Shown here one piece after another: positions 59,783-64,000 of a stretch of DNA of 64,000 nt. The position numbers and the translations under genes are program-made. The notes beneath the pieces are model-generated. The model saw only the letters and a program-made list of their open reading frames with translations. It did no database searches and was not told where the DNA came from. Source of the stretch: a bacterium (GTDB lineage Bacteria; UBA8248). The stretch is from the NCBI GenBank assembly GCA_965213685.1, contig CBDBZY010000044.1, positions 172,346 to 236,345 of the forward strand. Reading direction: 5' to 3'. The stretch's first letter is position 1. Each line of letters opens with the position of its first letter.

Positions 59783-62700
59783 ATGGCGTCCGTCCCGAAA
59801 ACCCTGGTTGCCGCTCCGTTTTATCACCTCGAGGCGTCCCTCGCCTCGCGGATCCGCCGGCTCGGCGGGGGAGAAGACCCCCTGCGGGAGCGGCGGGTCA
59901 TCGTCATCTCGCGTCGGCTGCGGGATCGCGTCCAGAACGTGCTGGCGCGCGCGGGCGCCTTCGCCGGCGTGTCCGTGCAGAGCATCGGGGGGCTGGCGCT
60001 GGAGATAACGGCGGCGGAGCGCGCCTCGGGCGGGCTCCGGCACATGCCCCCGGTGGTCGCCGAGGTTTTGGCGGAAAAGGCGTTTGAGCGCGCGAAGCCC
60101 GAGCTCGCGCATTTTCGCCCCGCCCCCCGGGGATACGGGCAGAGCCTCTACGCCACGCTGACGGACCTTGCGGAGGCGAACATCCCGCCCGCCTCCCTTC
60201 GGGAGTGCAGCGCGGCCCTCTCGGGTGCCGATGCGGCCCAGTGCGCGGACCTGGCGCGCCTGGCCGAGGATTTTGGGCGCGAAGTGCGGGCGTGGAGGGG
60301 GTATGACGGCTCCTCGCTCCTCCGGATGGCGTGCGAGACAACCGAGGCGGCCCCGCCCGCCATCCCCACCATCCTGTATGGCTTCGCAGACATGAACGCG
60401 CTCCAGCGCAGGCTGGTCGCGGCCCTGTGCCGCGACGCGGAATCCCAGGCCCTCGTCCCCGCGCAAAGGGGCGCGCCCGCATGCGCCCACGCCGAGCCGT
60501 TCATGGAGTGGCTGGAGGGGATGGGCTTTCAGAACGAGGATGCGGGCCCGCCCGAACCCAGGCCACTGTCGGGCGTCGCGGGCGCGTTGTTCTCCGGTGC
60601 GGGGGCGGGCCGCGCGCCCGCGGGTGCACTGCGAATCGTGGCGGCGCGCACCCGGGGCCGCGAGGTGCTGGAAGCGTGCAGGGAGATGCTGAAGGCCAGG
60701 GCGGAGGAGCGGAGCGACGACGAAATATGCGTCCTGATGACGGAGCGGGCCGACTACCAGAACCTGTTCCAGGAGACATGCCAGAGCCTCGACATGTCCT
60801 GCCGGACGGAGGAGAGAATCCCCCTGTCCGCCACGCCCGCGGGCCGCCTGTTTCTCCTGATGTTGCAAATGCGCGCGAGCGGCTACCCGCGCGCCGAGGT
60901 GATGCGCTTTCTGGACGAGGGGGATTTTGTTCATTCGAAGAAGTTTCGGGAGCTGTCCCGAAGGCGTGGATGGGGAGCGCCTGCCGACGACCTCCCCCTC
61001 GCGTCGCGGTGGGAGTATCTCTCCAGGGGGCTGCCGTATCTCCAGGGCCGCGACTCCTGGACGTCGGCGCTGGGCGCCGCCCTGGCGGATGGGCGCGAAG
61101 ATGACGACGAGCGTCCGGTCGTCCGCTCCCTCGCCGCCGCGACCTCCGTTTTTTTCGACCTTCTGGAAACGATTCCGGACAGGGCGCCGCCCTCCGCCTT
61201 CGCCAAATCCGCCGTGGCGGTCTTCGCCGAGACGACGAACGGCCTGGAGGGGGGAGACGAGGTGGCGGAGCGGATCTCCGCCCTGGCGGATTTGGATGCG
61301 GCCCTCGAGGCGGTGACGCGGGATGCGTTCCACGAGCTGTGCAAGCGGTTCCTGGAGAAAAACGCCTGGAGAGGAGGGGGAGGCGGGGCCGGCGGGGGAT
61401 GCCTGGTGCGCCTGTCCTCCATCCAGAGCGCGCGGGGGCTGTCCTTCGATACGGTCGTGCTGTCCGGCATGGCGGAGGGGTTGTTCCCCTCCCGGGGAGC
61501 CGAGGACCCGCTTTTGCCGGACGCCCTGCGCGAGGAGGTGAATCGCGCATACGGGCGGCTGTTCCAGGAGGGAGGCGCAAGGCTTCCCCTCAAGAAATTT
61601 CGGGAGGGCGAGGCGCGCTTTCAATTCTGGACGGTTCTGCAGTCTGTCCGGAATCGCCTGATCCTCTCTGCCCCGAGCGTGGGGGATGACAGGGGGGATG
61701 ATTCCGCCTCCCTCCCGGGCCGGGGGGATGAGGCCGCGTCTTTTCCCAGCATGTTTTTCCATTATCTGTCGGAAGTGTTGGAGGAGGAGGGGGGGGAGCA
61801 TCGCGGCGCCGGCGTTCTCGCGCGGTTGCCGGGCCGCCGCCTCGCCACCGCGACGCTCGAGGGCGCGGATATGTCGGAGGCACCCGTCCATCTGCTCGAA
61901 TATGACCTCACGGGCATCCTGGCGCAGATTCACGGGCGGGCGCCCGGGGCGGGCGCCCTCTCCTATATGGATCGCTTCCCCGGATTTGCCCGCAGGACGC
62001 GCGGGCCCTGGCCAGACGATGGCAGCCGGACGTCATGACGGAGCATGACGGGGTGTTCTCCGCCCCCGACCTGCGGGCGATGATTCGCGAGAGAATCCAT
62101 GCGCCCGACCGGCCGATAGGGGTCACCTCGGTGGAGAGGTTCTTCGGCTGTCCGTATCGCTTCCTCCACGATCGGCTGTATCGCCGCATGGAAAAGCGCG
62201 GGGAGCCGGAGCCGCCCTTTGCCGCCGACGGCAGGCTCCGGGGGGGACATGGAGCACCGGATTCTCGAGCGGTTCCATGCGTGGCTTCAGCAGACGGGCC
62301 AGCCGCTGAAGAAGCAAGACGACGAATCCGGATGCCGCGAAGCGCTCCTGGAGGCGGTTCGGGCGGTGATGCGCGAGGAGGAGGAGCGGTCGAGGGCCCC
62401 GTTGCTGCTCGCGCTGCCCTGGAGCGTGCTGGAGGAGGCCATCGACCGGCGCCTGTGGTGGTATGTCTGGGGAGACCGCGCGCCCTGGGGGGGGGCTGTC
62501 CAGAGCCGGGTCCGGGGAGAGCGCAGGGACTGGCGTCCGGTGGAGGTGGAGAGGCGGTTCGGAGGCGGCGGTTCGGAGCCCATCCGCATCTCCCTGGAGG
62601 AGGGGGACATCTGCCTGAGCGGGCGCATAGATTTGCTGGCGCGCAACGAGGAGGGAGGATATTGCGTCGTCGATTTCAAGACGAAAAAAGGGAAAAATTC

Positions 62701-63076
62701 CGTTCCGTCCGCGAAAAAAGTTCTGGGCGGCGGCACGATCCTTCAGGTGCATCTCTACGCGAGGCGCGCGGCCGGCGTTTTGCCGGAGGACGCCGAAGTG
62801 GACGGTGCCTACGCCTATATCACGGATGAGGGCGTGGTGGAGCGCGCGCGCTCCCACCCGGAAATTCAGGCGCGGAGGGAGGACGTGGACGCGCTGCTGA
62901 ATCATTTTCTCCTCTCCGTCAAGGGGGGGGAGTTTTTCCCGACGCCCTCCTCGTCCGAATGCCGCCATTGCGACTACAAGGCCCTTTGCGGTCCCGACAG
63001 GAACGAGCGCGCGGGATGCAAGAAGGGCGCCCCGGAAAGAAGCCGGCTTCAGAAGTTACAAGAGAGAACCGCATGA
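59783..63076 (+). CDS. addB: AddB-like subunit (inactive helicase-like region plus PD-(D/E)xK nuclease with Fe-S cysteines), two frameshifts
   Basis: ARGLSFDTVVL.GM.EG.FP, CPYRF, LSGRIDLL..VVDFKT, LQ..LY, C-terminal CRHCDY..LC. Breaks near 62000-62035 and at G7 62240-62246. Confidence 0.75.
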
Positions 63077-64000
63077 GCGTCCGGCCCGGCGATCAAGAAG
63101 AGAGGGATCTGGCCAGGACGTGGGTGGGCGGGCCCGTTTTGGTCGAGGCGGGCGCCGGCACGGGCAAAACCACCCTGCTCGTGGACAGGGTGCTGCACTT
63201 GATACGGGGCGAAGGGGTCCCCATCACCGAGATGGCGGTCATCACCTTCACGAAAAAGGCGACCGTGGAGCTGCGGGACAGGATTCGCCGCGCGCTTCTC
63301 TCGGCGGTTGCGGAGGAGACGGAAGGCGCCGCGCGGGAGCGCCTGCAAGGCGCGCTGGGAGAGCTCGAATCCGCGCGGATCTCCACCATCCACAGCTTCG
63401 CCCTGGGCATCCTGCGCGAGTTTTCCATGGACGCGGGCCTTCGCCCGGACATCATGGACGTGGATGAGGTGGAGTATCAGGCGCGGCGGGACGCGGCGTG
63501 GCGCCGCTGGCTGATTCAGGCGTTGGGCGGGGAGGATCGGCGATTGCGGGATTTCCTGGAACTCGGCTTCTCGGCGGCCGACCTGGAGAAAATCCGCGAC
63601 GCCATGCTCGCGCTGCCCGAATTCAGGGAGGCGTTCCCCCGTTCCGGGGAAGTCTCCCCCGATTACCTCTCGGTGAAGGAGGCGTTCCACGAGTGGGAGA
63701 ACTTCGGGGAGGAGCATTGCCTGGATGCGATGGACAACGCGTTAGGCGAGATATCGGAGGTCGAGAGGTGGCTGCGGGGTCTTGCCGGGTTGTCGGCGAC
63801 GGATATGCTGCGGGAATTCTGGGACCCGAGCGTCAAGATGAACAAGCGGGTGGGCTCCCGGAAAAATTGGTTCGACCTCCCGGGTGCGGCGAAACCCTCC
63901 CTCGCTTCGTTTCGCGATGGATATGAGCGATTTTTGGAGAAAGGCGCCGCGATCATCGGCGGCGAGGTGCTCGCGGGAGTCGTCTCCCTCGTCCGTGGCT
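63073..64000 (+). CDS. addA: AddA/UvrD-like helicase-nuclease, 5' part (runs off the window)
   Basis: LVEAGAGTGKTT Walker A, VITFTKKA..ELRDRI, ISTIHSFA. ATGA overlap with addB. Confidence 0.8.
   Translation, partial: MSVRPGDQEERDLARTWVGGPVLVEAGAGTGKTTLLVDRVLHLIRGEGVPITEMAVITFTKKATVELRDRIRRALLSAVAEETEGAARERLQGALGELESARISTIHSFALGILREFSMDAGLRPDIMDVDEVEYQARRDAAWRRWLIQALGGEDRRLRDFLELGFSAADLEKIRDAMLALPEFREAFPRSGEVSPDYLSVKEAFHEWENFGEEHCLDAMDNALGEISEVERWLRGLAGLSATDMLREFWDPSVKMNKRVGSRKNWFDLPGAAKPSLASFRDGYERFLEKGAAIIGGEVLAGVVSLVRG

Noticed and set aside
62000-62250. Selenocysteine read-through or programmed frameshift at the TGA in addB
   Set aside because: Homology continues in a different frame (CPYRF) and returns at a G7 run. 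Two indel errors explain this more simply.
1-64000. CRISPR array, rRNA, integrase or transposase
   Set aside because: No repeat-spacer periodicity, rRNA motifs or recombinase/DDE motifs were seen. The PD-(D/E)xK Fe-S domain at 62250-63076 belongs to AddB, not Cas4.

Overview
GC-rich bacterial chromosomal segment of mostly catabolic genes: acyl-CoA dehydrogenase-like flavoproteins, a CoA ligase, ThDP enzymes, SDRs, M24 hydrolases, 3-hydroxyacyl-CoA dehydrogenases and a peptide-type ABC transporter beside a GntR regulator. It also holds malQ, hom, a partner-switching signalling module, a solitary tRNA-Sec and an addB/addA pair that runs off the right edge. Four small, visibly more AT-rich islets interrupt this backbone and I see no integrase or transposase. 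The first is a beta-class DNA methyltransferase/Mrr-like fusion broken by a (CAAGCGGG)5 repeat. The second is a type II Zorya-like zorA-zorB-HNH operon whose ZorA tail carries a 97-aa internal duplication. The other two are divergent copies of a two-gene module: a SAMHD1/YwfO-like HD phosphohydrolase followed by a small YwgA/SocA-Panacea-like protein. In both copies the HD gene has lost its catalytic N-terminus while the partner is intact; this module is my best candidate for an undescribed defence or toxin-antitoxin system. Many genes carry single-base frameshifts, often at homopolymers, consistent with long-read assembly error, so pseudogene calls are provisional. All product calls come from motifs recognised by eye; no database search was run.
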